A DNA stretch of 52,901 bases, from contig NC_068991.1 in the NCBI RefSeq assembly GCF_001194135.2, forward strand, positions 71,575,478-71,628,378. The letters run 5' to 3'. Numbering within the stretch: the first letter of the stretch is position 1; every line of letters begins with the position of its first letter. Below, piece after piece: positions 23,834-38,800 of this stretch. The translations under genes were made by a program, and so were the position numbers. Below the pieces are notes generated by a model. The model was not told the origin of the DNA and did no database searches. It saw nothing but the letters and a program-made list of their open reading frames with translations. This DNA comes from Octopus bimaculoides (lineage: Eukaryota).

Positions 23834-26800
23834 CAACAAAAATTTTAATTTTGGACATCATCATCATCATCGTTTAACGTCCGCTTTCCATGCTAGCATG
23901 GGTTGGACGATTTGACTGAGGACTGGTGAAACCGGATGGCAACACCAGGCTCCAGTCTAATTTGGCAGAGTTTCTACAGCTGGATGCCCTTCCTAACGCC
24001 AACCACTCAGAGAGTGTAGTGGGTGCTTTTACGTGTCACCCGCACGAGAGTTACCAAAGCAGATTTTTCTATGATCAGATGCTCTTCCTGTCACCAACTC
24101 TCACTTGTTTCCGTACAAGGTAATATTTCCAACGGCCAGACATGTTTTTCATGAAAGAACTGGAAAACATGAATGAAGGCTAGAAGCTACAATCGTGTCA
24201 ATTTGGCCCTTGTACCTTATGGGATTAGCTCTGGCACCCCATCATATTCATCTTAATTTCTCTTTCCAGTTAACTCCCATCCATCCTTTTCTTTTTTTTT
24301 TTGCATGTTGACAATATTTCATAATTAAACTTTAATATTTAGCACTCATGTTATTTAAATGTCCTCAAAACCATGTCAAGGATGAAAAATAAAATATTTT
24401 CTCAAATGATGAAAATGTATCACCATTGATGCTTCTGGTGATTGTGTCAAGTTTGCAATGACCCACCAGTTGTACATGTTAAAAGCAACAGGATGTAATT
24501 TTAGAGAGCTTTACNNNNNNNNNNNNNNNNNNNNNNNNNNNNNNNNNNNNNNNNNNNNNNNNNNNNNNNNNNNNNNNNNNNNNNNNNNNNNNNNNNNNNN
24601 NNNNNNNNNNNNNNNNNNNNNNNNNNNNNNNNNNNNNNNNNNNNNNNNNNNNNNNNNNNNNNNNNNNNNNNNNNNNNNNNNNNNNNNNNNNNNNNNNNNN
24701 NNNNNNNNNNNNNNNNNNNNNNNNNNNNNNNNNNNNNNNNNNNNNNNNNNNNNNNNNNNNNNNNNNNNNNNNNNNNNNNNNNNNNNNNNNNNNNNNNNNN
24801 NNNNNNNNNNNNNNNNNNNNNNNNNNNNNNNNNNNNNNNNNNNNNNNNNNNNNNNNNNNNNNNNNNNNNNNNNNNNNNNNNNNNNNNNNNNNNNNNNNNN
24901 NNNNNNNNNNNNNNNNNNNNNNNNNNNNNNNNNNNNNNNNNNNNNNNNNNNNNNNNNNNNNNNNNNNNNNNNNNNNNNNNNNNNNNNNNNNNNNNNNNNN
25001 NNNNNNNNNNNTAAAGCTCTACGAGGTTCTGGCAGGGGGTTGGTGGCGAACCCTGCTGTACTCTTTCACCACAACTTTCTCTCACTCTTACTTCCTGTTT
25101 CTGTTGTACCTGTAATTCAAAGGGTCAGCCTTGTCACACTGTGTCACGCTGAATATCCCCGAGAGCTACGTTAAGGGTACACGTGTCTGTGGAGTGCTCA
25201 GCTACTTGCACGTTAATTTCACGAGCAGGCTGTTCCGTTGATCGGATCAACTGGAACCCTCGATGTCGTAAGCGATGGAGTGCCAACATTGATGTTGTAC
25301 TGGAATTTGTTTCCTCTTTTAATTAAGTAACTATTTGCTGCTATTTATTGCTAGTCACATCATTTCAGCTCTTCCTAATTACCATTTTCTATCTTCATCA
25401 TTCTTCTACTTATAAAGAGAAGCTAACAATTCCTCGACCGATGAGCGTTATTATCTTTTCCTAAAACGGTTATGTCAAGTCTTCACTGAAATTGGAAAAC
25501 AACTTTGTGCTTTATGGGTAAGTTAGATTTTAAAATTTCATTTTCACAATTCAATCATTGCAATCATCGTTAACGTTGGTAATGACACCATTGTCATCAT
25601 TACTATTTTGGAGTAGTCACACTAAAGACAGGCTGTGTTGGTGTTTTAGGTGCTTGCTTCCCAACCATGCAGTTTAGGGTTCAGTTCCATTGTGCAGCAC
25701 TTTGGGAGGATGTCTTCTGTTATAGTTCCTGGTCAAACGGGACTCATGAGTGGATGTGGGAGACAGAAACTGAAAGACACCTATCGCGTGTGTGTGTGTG
25801 TGTGTGATCATCACCATTTAACATTTGTTTTCTATGCTGGCATGGGTTAGACGGATCAACTGGTAAGCCAGAGAGCTGCACCAGGCTCCAGTCACCTGTT
25901 TTGGCTTAGTTTCTACTGCTGGATGCCCTTCTTAGTGCTACATGCTGTGTGTATGTGTGTAAAGTACTAAGGCTTTAAAAGAGTACTGGGGTCAATACAT
26001 TTGACTATAAATTCTTCAAGGTGGTTCCCCAGCATGGACGTAGTCTAATGACTGAAACAAGTAAAAAATAAAAGATATATATATATATACATACATAAAA
26101 TCAAAATTAGCAACAGGATATCAAGTAGTAATGCAGTACGACTGTTTCAAGTGGCTCCATTTAATTGAACAATGCAATCATTACATCAATTTAAATACAG
26201 TGCTATCTTCAGCTGCACAAATAAATAATTGGAATTTCAACAAGTAGGGTACATTAATATAAGGTGCTGCCATGCAATAGGACTGAACCTGGTACCAAGT
26301 GATTGGGGAACAAGCTTTTCAATCTCACAGTGATACCTGCTTCTATATTTCTGTAAATCTTATCTGTTTATTCTTATTTCAACAGGGTTACAGTGAAGAT
26401 GTCCAGAAACCTCCTACATTTACGAAATACCTTGAAGCAGTATTAGCTTTTACTGAGCACCCAAGCAGGGTAAATTTTTATTCTCACCTTAAATAATTTC
26501 TAATTTATCATTGCTTTTCATTTTCTTCAGCTATGTTTGCTGTATTTTAAAGTATATAAAATAATCCTTTCTACTACAGGCACAAGGCCTGAAATTTGAG
26601 GGGAGTGGGGCAAGTTGATTACATCAACCCCCAGTGCGTGACTGGTATTTATTTCATCGACCCTGAAAGGATGAAAGGCAAAGTCGACCTCGGCGGAATT
26701 TGAACTCAGAATGTAGTGGCAGACAAAATACCACTAAGCGTTTCGTCCGGCGTGCTAACAATTCTACCGGCTCTGGTGTTAGGAACGGCATCCAGCCGTA

Positions 26801-29800
26801 AAATCCACACCAAAACCGACACAGTGGCCTAGGGTTGTTTTTTTTTCTACCTGGCTGGCTCCTGTCACCTGTCCTACTCATACATGGAAGATGGACATTA
26901 AACAATGATGATGTTGATGATTTTATCATCATCATCATTTAATGTCCGTCTTCCATGCTGGCATGGGTTGGACAGTTTGACAGGAGCTGGCATGCCAGAG
27001 TGTTGCACCAGGTACCAGTACAGTAAGACCGAGTAGTTAAATGTTTACGACTCTTCTTATTTTTACTGTATATAAAATAATATAAAAGATGTAAAATGTA
27101 AATAAAACAACGAACCATCATCATTGTTTTAACATCTACTTTTCCATGCTTGCGTGGGTCAAACAGAATTTGTTGAGGCAGATTTTCTACCACTGGATGC
27201 CATTCCTGTCTCCACCCCTCACCTGTTTTCAACAAACATTTGTATCAAGAAAAGGAGACACTAACACATACACACACACACACACGTGTGTGTATATATA
27301 TTTGTCTTCCACTAAAAGTGGATGTTGTGTTAGAACACAGTATACTGCAGTAGTTACCATGAGGGAACTTCTCATGTGGACTTGTGGTACATATAAGCAC
27401 TTATATGTTTATATCGCTGACAGACGATAATTGTTTGCTGTGGCTGTCAGATCACATGATTTTGCCTTTCCTTGGGCTTCTCAATCGCAGATGTCCATGG
27501 CTAGACACAGCAGTCGACTTCCCTCATCAATGGTATATAGAATCTCAGTGTCTAATCAGGCACTGGTTTCGCAAATAGCCAGTGGCCTTATTTAAAAATA
27601 ATCAGCATTAGGAAGGACATCCGGCTGTAGAAACTGTCAAAACAGACCGGGAGTCTGAACAGCCTTTCAGCTGATCAGCTCCTGTCGAACTGTCCAACCC
27701 ATGCCAGCATGGAAAACAGACATTAAATGATGATGATGGATTATATACATCATGAGTCCATACAAGAAGTCTTCTCATGGTAAATAATGCAGTAGTCTTT
27801 GTTCTAATCCCTCCATCGTCAGTCTTTCCTTTCTCTTTCTCTCTCTTTTCAACTGAGGCCTTTCAATCTTTTGCGGTTGATAGTACAAATACCAGTTAAA
27901 CACTGGGGGTCAGTGTAATCTACTTAACCCCCCTCCTCCAAACTTGCTGGCCTTGTGCTAAAATTTAAAACCAATATTTAATTAATTGGCTACAGTCTCT
28001 GAGTTATGCCCTCCACCAATTGATTTCACATTTGTTTTTTCTTTTCATCCAACCAAAGTCAAAAACCTGTACTATATACTACACCTCACACACTCAAATA
28101 TTTCTCATCACTGTAGCAAAGGTGAGATATATGATACCTGTGGCCATTACCCATGACTTTTTTTTTTTTTTTTTTTTACCTTTATTATTTTCTTCTCTTT
28201 CTGTTTGAGATAATTTTATTGACAACGTTCTGTTTCTTTTTTCTTTTTCTTTTTTTTTCTACTATTATTGTCCTTGCTAGTTTCTTGGCAGTTTAACGCA
28301 TTCCCTGTGGGCCTCTTTCCTCAGGCATGAGATTATATCCGAAGATGAAACATTAATGTCTTTCATACCTCGTCTGGTGCGCAGTGCCACTACAACCATC
28401 ATTAAGGTAAGTTTCTTGACAAAAAAAAAAACAAAAAAATAATTGGTATTTCTAATTTTGATTGCAGATTGATAAGCTTTTATCCAAAATCTTGAACCAC
28501 TCTGGGGTACTGCCTCGAAGAAATGAGATACCTTGTGATATTTATTTTGGTTTAATACCAACCCCTGATTCATGAGTACCTTTAGTGGAGCTCAGTCTGT
28601 TGCAAGGATACGAATCAGGTTTCGGGTTGGAGGCTAACTTCTTCTCTTCCTCCAGTCTTGGATATTCTTGAAATAAAAAGAAATAATAATAATGAGTTAC
28701 AGGTGCTGCCACTCCTTTCTTGACAAATTAGTATGCTAAAAAAAATAGAGGTTACTTAGGGATAGGTTGGTGAAATGAATATAACTGGTGTTCCATTTGA
28801 CTTCTGCATTTGTGGTTGGAACAGGGAAGTGTAGGTCCAGGGAGAGGATGTTCCATCATGAAGGATTATGGGATCAGAACATTGTAGCTTGTCTGAAGCA
28901 TTGTGGTAAAGAAGTAAAATAACAAAATGGTGAAGGCAGAGAACCTCTTACAATGCAAAAGGAAGAAAAAAGTTTAACCCTGGAGCATTCAGATCACTCA
29001 GTCAAACGTAATGTTTTTTTATTCACATTGTTTTGGATTAAACATGTATTATCTTGTAGCCTTGAGATTTTGATGAAGTGACTGTTTATTTTTAGAATGA
29101 CATTGTAGGGTAGGTGTGAGAGGCTGGATCTGGTTGGTTTGACCATAAAACAGGTAGAATATTTTGGCCAGATAAGATCTGTTTAAATGATAAGGAGTCA
29201 ACAAATTTTCGTTTATTTGAGGCAGAAAGTTACCCTTCGAGGCACAAGTCTGAGCAAGGTTGTTTATGGAAGACCGGCAGTCGCCCATGCATACCAGCCT
29301 CCCCTCTCCACACCACCGATGTTATCCAAGGGAAAGGCAAAGGGGCCGATACAGCTTGGCACCTGTGACACAGCTGAGTGAACTGGAGCAACATGAAATA
29401 AAGTGTCTTGCTCAAGAACACATCATGCAGCCCGGTCCGGGATTCGTATTCACAACCTCGCAATCATAAGCTCGACGCTCTAACCACTGAGCCATGCGCC
29501 TTCACCAGCCCATCATCAGAAGTAAACAAATGTGAATGTACACAGTATCAGCCATGTTGCTCATATATCATATGTGTACATTGACCTTTTCCTTTCTGCA
29601 TTGTAAGAAGCTCTCCATTTTTAATATCATGAAAGTGTTTAATGAAGATCAGCAACATCTAAAATACATGTGATGTTATTTTCTAGGTTGGATTTCCTAG
29701 TCAGAATAATTCACCAAGTTGTAGCTATGCCTTGCTGGACTTTGATAGCGATGAAGAATTCAATCTATTTTTCTCACGTAAGTATTCCTGTTTGTAATTC

Positions 29801-32800
29801 ATTGATTTTGGAAATATTGATCCTTATATAGAATATAATTCTGTCATCGTTCTTCATCATTTTAATGTCCACGTTTCCATACTTGTATGGGTCGGAGAGA
29901 ATTCGTTAAGGTAGATTTTCTATTGACTTGATGCCCTTCTTGTTAACAACCCTTACTTGTCCCCAAGCAACTTAATATTCCCCCATGAGCAGACAAGCTT
30001 TCAGGGTAGATTGGAAACCTGCTTTCGCTTGTACAAAGTTGACATTCATTTACTACACCTATCACATGATGTCAAAACAAAACACACACACACACGCGTG
30101 CACGCAACAAGATTATTTTAGTTTCTAAGGACCAAATCCACTCACAAGGATTTGATATCAGCCGAAGGCTTATAATAGAAGACACTTTCCCAAAATGCTA
30201 TATATTGCCTAAAGCCTGGTATTTATTCTATTGGTCTTTTGTCAAACAAGATGAGGACAAATATCTGTCAAATGGAAATAATGTACGTAATTCCTCATCT
30301 CTTAAATATAAAACTGTATTCAAATTTATCACTGAAGAATCTTTACATTTTCTTGTGTTTTCTTATTGTATCTTTTTCTTTTCTTTTCCCAGGTTACAGA
30401 GCCGAAGTTGCAGAAACTCTGCGACTTGCTACACGCATCAACCCTAAATGTACCTTTGAAGCTGTTGCCACTTGGTTACAAGACTTATTGCAGAAACCTG
30501 TGGATATTGGCGGAGGTCAGTACTTTGATTCCAGTTTAGTCCTTCAGTCATTGGATTGCAGCCAAGCTGGTGTACTGCCTTTAAAGGTTTTTAGTCAATC
30601 ATATCAACCCCGATACTTATTTCAGCCTGTTACTTTATTTGTCAACCTTTTAGTATTCAAATTACTCTGTCAAATGTTCTGCTTATTTATTCACATTATT
30701 TTTAGTTAATCAGGCAGTATTTTATAGCTTTGAGGTTTCAATAATGTCATTATTTACTTATTCACCATTTTGAGCATGGCCGTTGATCGTTACCAACGTC
30801 GCCTACCTGGCACGCGAAAAGACATTCGAGCGAGATCATTGCCAGTGCCAATGGACTGGCTCCTGTGCAGGTGGCACGTGAAATACACCATTTCGAGTGT
30901 GGCTGTCGCCAGTACCGCCTGACTGGCCCTCTTGCCGGTGGCACGTAAAACACCCATTACACTTTCGGAGTGGTTGGCATTAGGAAGGGCATCCAGCTGT
31001 AGAAACTCTGCCAAATCAGATTGGAGCCTGGTGTCGCCTGCTGGTCTACCAGTCCTCAGTCAAATCGTCCAACCCNNNNNNNNNNNNNNNNNNNNNNNNN
31101 NNNNNNNNNNNNNNNNNNNNNNNNNNNNNNNNNNNNNNNNNNNNNNNNNNNNNNNNNNNNNNNNNNNNNNNNNNNNNNNNNNNNNNNNNNNNNNNNNNNN
31201 NNNNNNNNNNNNNNNNNNNNNNNNNNNNNNNNNNNNNNNNNNNNNNNNNNNNNNNNNNNNNNNNNNNNNNNNNNNNNNNNNNNNNNNNNATATATATATA
31301 TATAAACATATTGTTTTATATCCATTTTCTCTGCCAGCATGGGTTAGGTGGGTCATTATGCTCAGTGTCTGTTCTTATTCAGAGTTACTTCCCCCTTAGA
31401 CAGGTCAGAATGTGCATTGCATTTTTGAAATGGTTTTTACAATCGAGGCTGTTGTTCTGGTTGTCCCAATATAAATTGTTGGTGTGAATGCTTCCCTCAA
31501 AAGTTCAATATTGCAATTTGTGCTGAATTCATTCTGTCACTTTCCTGGGGTTGTCCCATAGATCTATATCTATAACAATAGGGTTAGCTACATAGTGGAA
31601 GAGAGATAGAACATCATGTAGAGGGCCATTGCAATCTGAACATTTATTGACAATTTCTGGATCTATCTGATTGCTGTAATTACGCAACATAGACCAAAAA
31701 TTGGGGTGCGAGTGTGCTAGTGTACTCCTTGTTTTCTATAGTAAGCATTGTTCTTCATTACCAACTACCAGACCAGCTCATGTTCTGTATATATTATTTC
31801 AACAGGTTAGATTTTTTACCTAACATTTAACCCATCAACTTTGAAGAGTAAATGCTCCCTATCTTGAAAACTGAGGCCAATAGTGTGCCTCGTTAAAGGT
31901 GATATCTATTGTACAATTGGAACTTGTGATTTTTTTTGTAATGAATTTAAAGCTTTTATAATTTTATCTTATTTATGTCTTTATTGGCCACAGGGGGCTA
32001 AACATAGAGGGGACAAACAAGGACAGACAAAGGAATTAAGTCGATAATATCGACCCCAGTGCGTAATTGGTAATTATTTAATCGACCCCAAAAAGACGAA
32101 AGGCAAAGTCGACCTCGGTGGAATTTGAACTCGGAGCATAACGGCAGACGAAATACCGCTAAGCATTTTGCCTGGCGGGGTAACGTTTCTGCCAGCTCGC
32201 CTCTTAATTTGATCTCATTGGTAATACCCATTGTATACCCAAGATAATCGTCATATAACATTTTATGAAACTCTTTTGAACTATTTTTCATTATTATAGT
32301 TATCTATCCATCTTTTTACTGTACCATGCCCACAGGCACTGGCAATCGTGGAATTCCATACCCTTTAGTCCCACATACAGCTTAGCATACTATTGGGCCA
32401 GTTAGTAAAGCCATCTAGTATCTTCTCTCTCCATCCTTCTCATCTTAGTACTCTAAATATTGTATGAGAAGAAAATGCCTTGAGTACTTAGAAACTAAAA
32501 GAACAGTTAGCCGCACACACACACACACACACACAAAATAAAATTGTTTTGTGGATGAATCTTCTTAACAGAAATAAATTGAAATAACTTTTTGTGATAT
32601 TTCCATGTAGGAACCGAACGTGGTAACTGTAACTTAAGTTCGCCTGCTTTCCTTGAATGGGACGGCTTGACCACTTTCTTGGAAAGTGTCATGTCTAGAC
32701 TCACAACATCCCCTAATCCACAACCTGATCGTGCCGCCGGTGTCCAGCTGCTGAAACAAGTCTTGGATTACAACACACAGGTATTGTATGCAATGGTTTT

Positions 32801-35800
32801 AAAAAAAACCCATTTTGACTTTATTGTTGTTGTTGTTGTTGGTGTTGCTTGTTAGAGCTGCCATCATTTGTTTTGTATGAGTTTCTTCTTCGTTATTGTT
32901 GTTTTTAGCACCAAAATAGTCCTGATTGAGCAGACCCTTAATCAAAAAGTTACTTAACCCTTTTTTACCATATTTCTGTTGAGATATTCTGCGTTTCTTT
33001 CAATTAATTTTAAATATAACAAAGAATTTAGTAAAATAACTTAGTTATCATTAATCTAGTGTTAGGTACATAAATTGTGACTAAGGTTTGATGGAAGATT
33101 TTAATTCAAAACTTACGGAAACAAGACATTTGTACTCAGAGCCAGAAGCAGCTTCAGCCAGATTGGTATCAAAATAGTTAAACCAAGACTACCCCATCTT
33201 TTCTTTCAAGATATAGCTTACCACAAACTACATTATCCAATATGTCTACTTCTTAAGATGGTCGGTGTGGTTTGGAGATTTGGATGCTATCTCTAGCATG
33301 TCCATGTTGAACAGTGATTCTCAAATTTATATTATTCTGGAACTCTTATATGATATTCCAAAAATAATGAACTCCATACCTATATTTCGGGGGAAAAACT
33401 GCATCATATGCCATCAAATACAATATATGATTAGTCTGCTATTTAATATGTGGCTTTCAAGGTCCAAATTCTTGACCTTTGGGGCTGTAATCTTCCATAT
33501 TTATTTCATAGTTTCTGTCTTGTGTGTGTTCATGCTTACAACGTGTTAATAATAATTCACTTTTCTCTTTTTCTCCTGTTATAGGATCCATTGATTTTAT
33601 CATGTTTGCTGTCCTGTGTCTCCGCATTATTCACATTCCTTAATGACAGTCTTGAAACGCTACCAATCGTATTAGACAAGGTGAGTTACAAAACCTTCCA
33701 CATCTTCTGTTGTGTCTGGTGAGAGTCATTCTCTTTTAGTGCCTTATCATTTAACACACTCACCGATAAAGTTTCCACTCATTTACTTATCTATTTTTCT
33801 AAAATTTTCATTGTGTCTTGCAGCCTTTTCAATAGTTGTTGACTGTCTGTTATTCAAACTGCGTTCTTTGACGGACAGAGTCAACAACTATTGAAAAGGT
33901 TGCAGAACACAACGGAAATTTAAGAAAAATAAATGAGTGGAAACTTTACCGGTGAGTGTATTAAATTATAAGGCACTAAAGAGAGAATGACTTTTCGCAG
34001 ACACAACAAAATATGCTTCAACACACGAACTCACATAAAGAATCTTGCAAACCAAATCATTCCACATATATTTTACTGTTTTCCCCCCCCCCCATAAACT
34101 ATTTCTCTGTTCTGATTTTGGCTTAATGCTGTTGTAAATTATGAATTGTTTTACATTACATCGTTTGGTGGAATTCTTTGCTAGATGGCATTAGTTTGGA
34201 TGTTGAACCTTATTACAAAACCCATGCCGTCATCATTTTAACATCCACTTTCCCACACTTGCATGGATCAGAAAGAATTTGTTGAAGATTTTCTTCAGTC
34301 GGATGCCCTTCCTGTCACCAACCCTTCCCTGTTTCCAAGCAAGGTAATATTCCTCCATGACCAGACATTTTCACAGAAGATTGGCAATGGACACCACTTA
34401 TATGATGGTGATACTTGTTTACAACTATGATATGATGTCAAGACAAGAAGACGATAAACACACACACACACACACACTTATACATACAACACACACATCA
34501 TATACATATATGTGTACATACACACATGCGAGCTGGCAGAAACGTTAGCACGCCGGGCGAAATGCTTAGCGGTATTTCGTCTGCCGCTACGTTCTGAGTT
34601 CAAATTTCGCCGAGGTCGACTTTGCCTTTCATCCTTTCGGAGTCGATTAAATAAGTACCAGTTACGCACTGGGGTCAATATAATCGACTTAATCTGTTTG
34701 TCTGACCTTGTTTGTTCCCTCTGTGTGTAGCCCCTTGTGAATAGTAAAGAAATAATACACACATGCACACACAAACACCTGAGACTTCTTTCAGTTTCCT
34801 TCTATCAAATCTCCTCACAAGTCTTTGGTTGGCCTGGTGTTATAGCAGAAGACACTTGCCCAAAGTATCAAGTAGTGAAACTGAACCCAAGCCCTCGAAA
34901 GTTATATTTCCCTTTCATCTTTCTGGGGCCAACAAAATAAAATACCAGTCAAGAACTAAGATATTTTATTTTATTGACTTGTAGGAATTCAGGTAATGGT
35001 TGGTGACAGGAAGAGCATCCAGTGCTGCTTTAAGTAATCTCTGTCCAACCCATACCAGTATGAAGAAACAAATGTTAAATGAACAAATAAAATATTTTTA
35101 TATTAATACATTTTTACATTTTTACTCAGCTCTTTATTATGTGATATCTCTTATTCTCTGTTTGTATTTTTATATTTTGCATAACTTCTCTGTGTGTATT
35201 TTATTTTGTATCCTTTATCAAAGCATCAACAAATTCTTTTTTCTTTCACCGATTTCTTAAACCAGATTTTCTCAGCAGTTGTCTTCAATCTTCCTGGCCA
35301 AACTAAATCGACACGAAGCAAAGCTGTTAAAAACGTCCGGCAGCATGCTTGCTCAGTTCTTGTGAAAGTTTGCAAGCAGTATCCTGATTTGCTATTTGTA
35401 AGATCCTTCTTTCTGTATTCTTTTCCATTTTTTTTTAACACCCTATTTAACCCTTCAACATTTAAATTACTCTGCTAAATGCAGTGCTTATGTATTCACC
35501 TTGTTTTGAATTAATCATGTATTATCTCATAGCTTTGAGATTTCAATTTTGTAATTGTTTATTTTTAGAGGGATATTGTAGTGTAGGTGCAAGAGGTCAG
35601 ATCTGGCCAGTTTAAACACAAAACAAGTAGAATATTTGGGCCGGATATGACTGATTTAGATGCTAAAGGGTTAAACAGCAGTTAATGTGTTTAACATATG
35701 TTTAACCCATTACCTCCCATAGTTCTATTAACTGGAATTTTTTTTATGAAACTTTGATTTCTAGCATAAAACAGCCTTAGAAACGCGCTGGAATGATCAA

Positions 35801-38800
35801 AATAACATTTTAAATAGAAATAAGCGAGATATTGGGTGAAAAATTAGCAAACCTCATTTGAATATCAGAGAAATATACCTAGTAGATACAGCAAAAAGGT
35901 TAGATATGTGTAAATATTGACAGATAATTACGAAATTTGTAATTTCTAAGTGATCTCATATGGGGTCACTGGTAGGGAATGGGTTAATGCTTTGCTTTAA
36001 ATTACAGTATATGTCTTTGTCCTTCATTTTTTAAAACACTTAATATATACTTTGTATATGTTTTTCTCTTAAGTTGTACAGCTGTAAAACATATAAAGTG
36101 AATCTTTAATGTTTTACCTCTTGTTTCTGGTTTATATATTCCTGACCACCATATTTCTGTGAATTTATTCCAGCCTGTATTCCCAAGTCTTTATCAACAC
36201 ATACAGAACATTGCAAAGGACCCAATTCAACTGTCTCAAATGGAGAAATGTATTTTAACAGAAGCTTTAATTCTTATTAGGTCAGTCTTGTTTCTTCCTT
36301 TTTTTCTTAGTATGTTTTTTTTTAATTGGCTGCATCATTTTTCATTAACCATTTTACAATGTGGACTGCATGAATGCTTTGGCCATCACTACCAGAGTGG
36401 TTGTCTGTAATAGAACTTTGGAAACCCTCTCTACAGGCATGACTACAAAGGTCATGCAGCCATAAAATCCATGCAAAAGCTTTTGATAAGCAACAACAAA
36501 GCTGACTTGGTGTGTTTACACCTATTTACTCTTACTCTCTTTTACTTGTTTCAGTCATTTGACTGCGGCCATGCTGGAGCACCGCTTTTAGTCGAGCAAA
36601 TCGACTCCAGTACTTATTCTTTGTAAGCCTAGTACTTATTCTATCGGTCTCTTGCCGAACCGCTAGGTTACGAGGACGTAAACACACCAGCATCGGTTGT
36701 CAAGCGATGTTGGGGGGACAAACACAGACACACAAACATATACACACACACATATATATATATATACATCGGTCTTCTTTCAGTTTCTGTCTACCAAATC
36801 CACTCACAAGGCTTTGGTCTGCCTGAGGCTATAGTAGAAGACACTTACCCAAAGTGCCACGCAATGGGACTGAACCCGGAACCATGTTGTTGGTAAGCAA
36901 GCTACTTACCACACAGCCACTCCTGCACNNNNNNNNNNNNNNGTTCCGGATTCAGTCCCACTGTGTGGCACCTTGGGCAAGTGTTTTCTACTATAGCCTT
37001 GGGCCGACCAAAGCCTTGTGAGTGGATTTGGTAGACGGAAACTGAAAGAAGCCCGTCGCATATATATATATACGCATGTGTTTTGTACTAAACACACACA
37101 TAAACACTTGACATCGTTTGATAACCAATGTTGGTGTGTTTACGTCCCCGTAACTTAGCAGTTCGGCAAGCGAGACCAATAGAATAAGTACTAGGTTTAG
37201 AAAGAATAAGTCCTGAGGTCGATTTGTTCGGCTAAAGGCAGTGCTCCAACATGGCCACAGTCAAATGACTGAAACAAGTAAAGAATAAAGTATATTTGAA
37301 ATGGTGACCAGTTTACATTAGATAATGTTGTTCACTGACTGAAAATAAAAATCACCGTAATATTAGTGTTGGAATGTCAAGATAAGGGATGATCTAGTCT
37401 TAAGCTACAACATAAACACTAATAACTGTTTCACCTGAAGTCCAGGTAAGCTGTTTTACCACCATTAGTTTTATCCAATAAAATTCTGTCCTTTAGAATG
37501 ACTCATTTAGTTTTACTAACTTTATATATTTCAGTAATCAATCTCAAAACTTTGATAAACAATCCACTTTCATAGAAGAAGTGCTTCAACCAGTGAAAGA
37601 AATTTGGTTATCAAACAGTTTTGAATTGTGAGTATTTTTATGTTTGGTTTCGCTTTTTTTTTCTTTTTTTTTTTGTAAAATCCTACATTACATGTTGTTA
37701 TGAAATGTGTTTGACAAAATGTTTGTTTTGTATTCTTGGCAGTTTGTAACCTGCTGAAAATGACATAATAGTTGAAGATGTGACTTTGTGGTTAAGGCGT
37801 TTACTCCATTATAACTGTGGTTTCAAAACTTGCCGGCCTTGTGCCAAAATTAGAGAGAATTATTATTTAGGTTGCTGCATAATAATTGCGGCTTTTTTTT
37901 TCAATAAATTTTATTCAACAAAAAGGTTTAAACAAAACGCCAAGCAGAAATTGAAGTAGATGATGAATATGCTCCGAAATAATCATTTAAAGATGTTTTT
38001 GTTACATGTTGTTATTGTTTTTATTGAAAAAAAGCCACAATAATTATGCACCAACCCAATATTATTATTCGAGGCAGGAAGCTGGCAGAATCATTAGCAT
38101 GCTGGGCAAAATGCTTAGCGGTATTTCGCACATTGCTCCAATCTGAGTTCAAATTCTGCCAAGGCCGATTTTGCCTTTCATTCTTTCGGGGTCGATAAAT
38201 TAAGTACCAGTGAAGTACTGGGGTAGAAAGCATTATTATTATTATTATCCATACTAATGAAAACAAAGTGTTCTTAACTTTATTATTATTATTATTATTA
38301 AGATGATGAGCTGGCAGAATCGTTAGCACGCTGGGTAAAATGCTTTGCAGCATTTTGTCTGTCCTTGTGTTCTAAGTTCAAATTCCACTGAGGTTGACTT
38401 TGCCTTTCATCCTTTCAGGGTCGATAAATTAAGTACCAGTTGCGTTCTGGGGTCGATCTAATCGACTGGCCCCCTCCCCCAAAATTTCGATCCTTGTGCC
38501 TAGAGTAGAAAAGAATATTAATAACAAATAAAGTCGGTGAGTTGGCAGTCTCGTTAGCACGCCGGGCAAAAGTTTTAAGCGGCATTTCATCCATCTTTAC
38601 GTTCGGAGTTCCAATTCCGCCGAGGTCGACTGTGCTTTTTATTCTTTCGGGGTCAATAAAATAAGTACTAGGCAAACACTGGGGTTGATGTAACTGGCCT
38701 ACCCTTCCCCACCAGAAATTTCTGTAGCAAACTTTGAAACCAATGTTAAATATCGGTAAACCGGCGAGCTGGCAAAACCGTTAGCATGCCGGGCAAAGCA

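Noticed and set aside
23915-23935. CTGAGGA-CTGGT-GAAAC hammerhead-like string in the young RTE 3' UTR
   Set aside because: No stem II can form, and other family copies read CTGAGGACTGGCAAGCC; coincidental.
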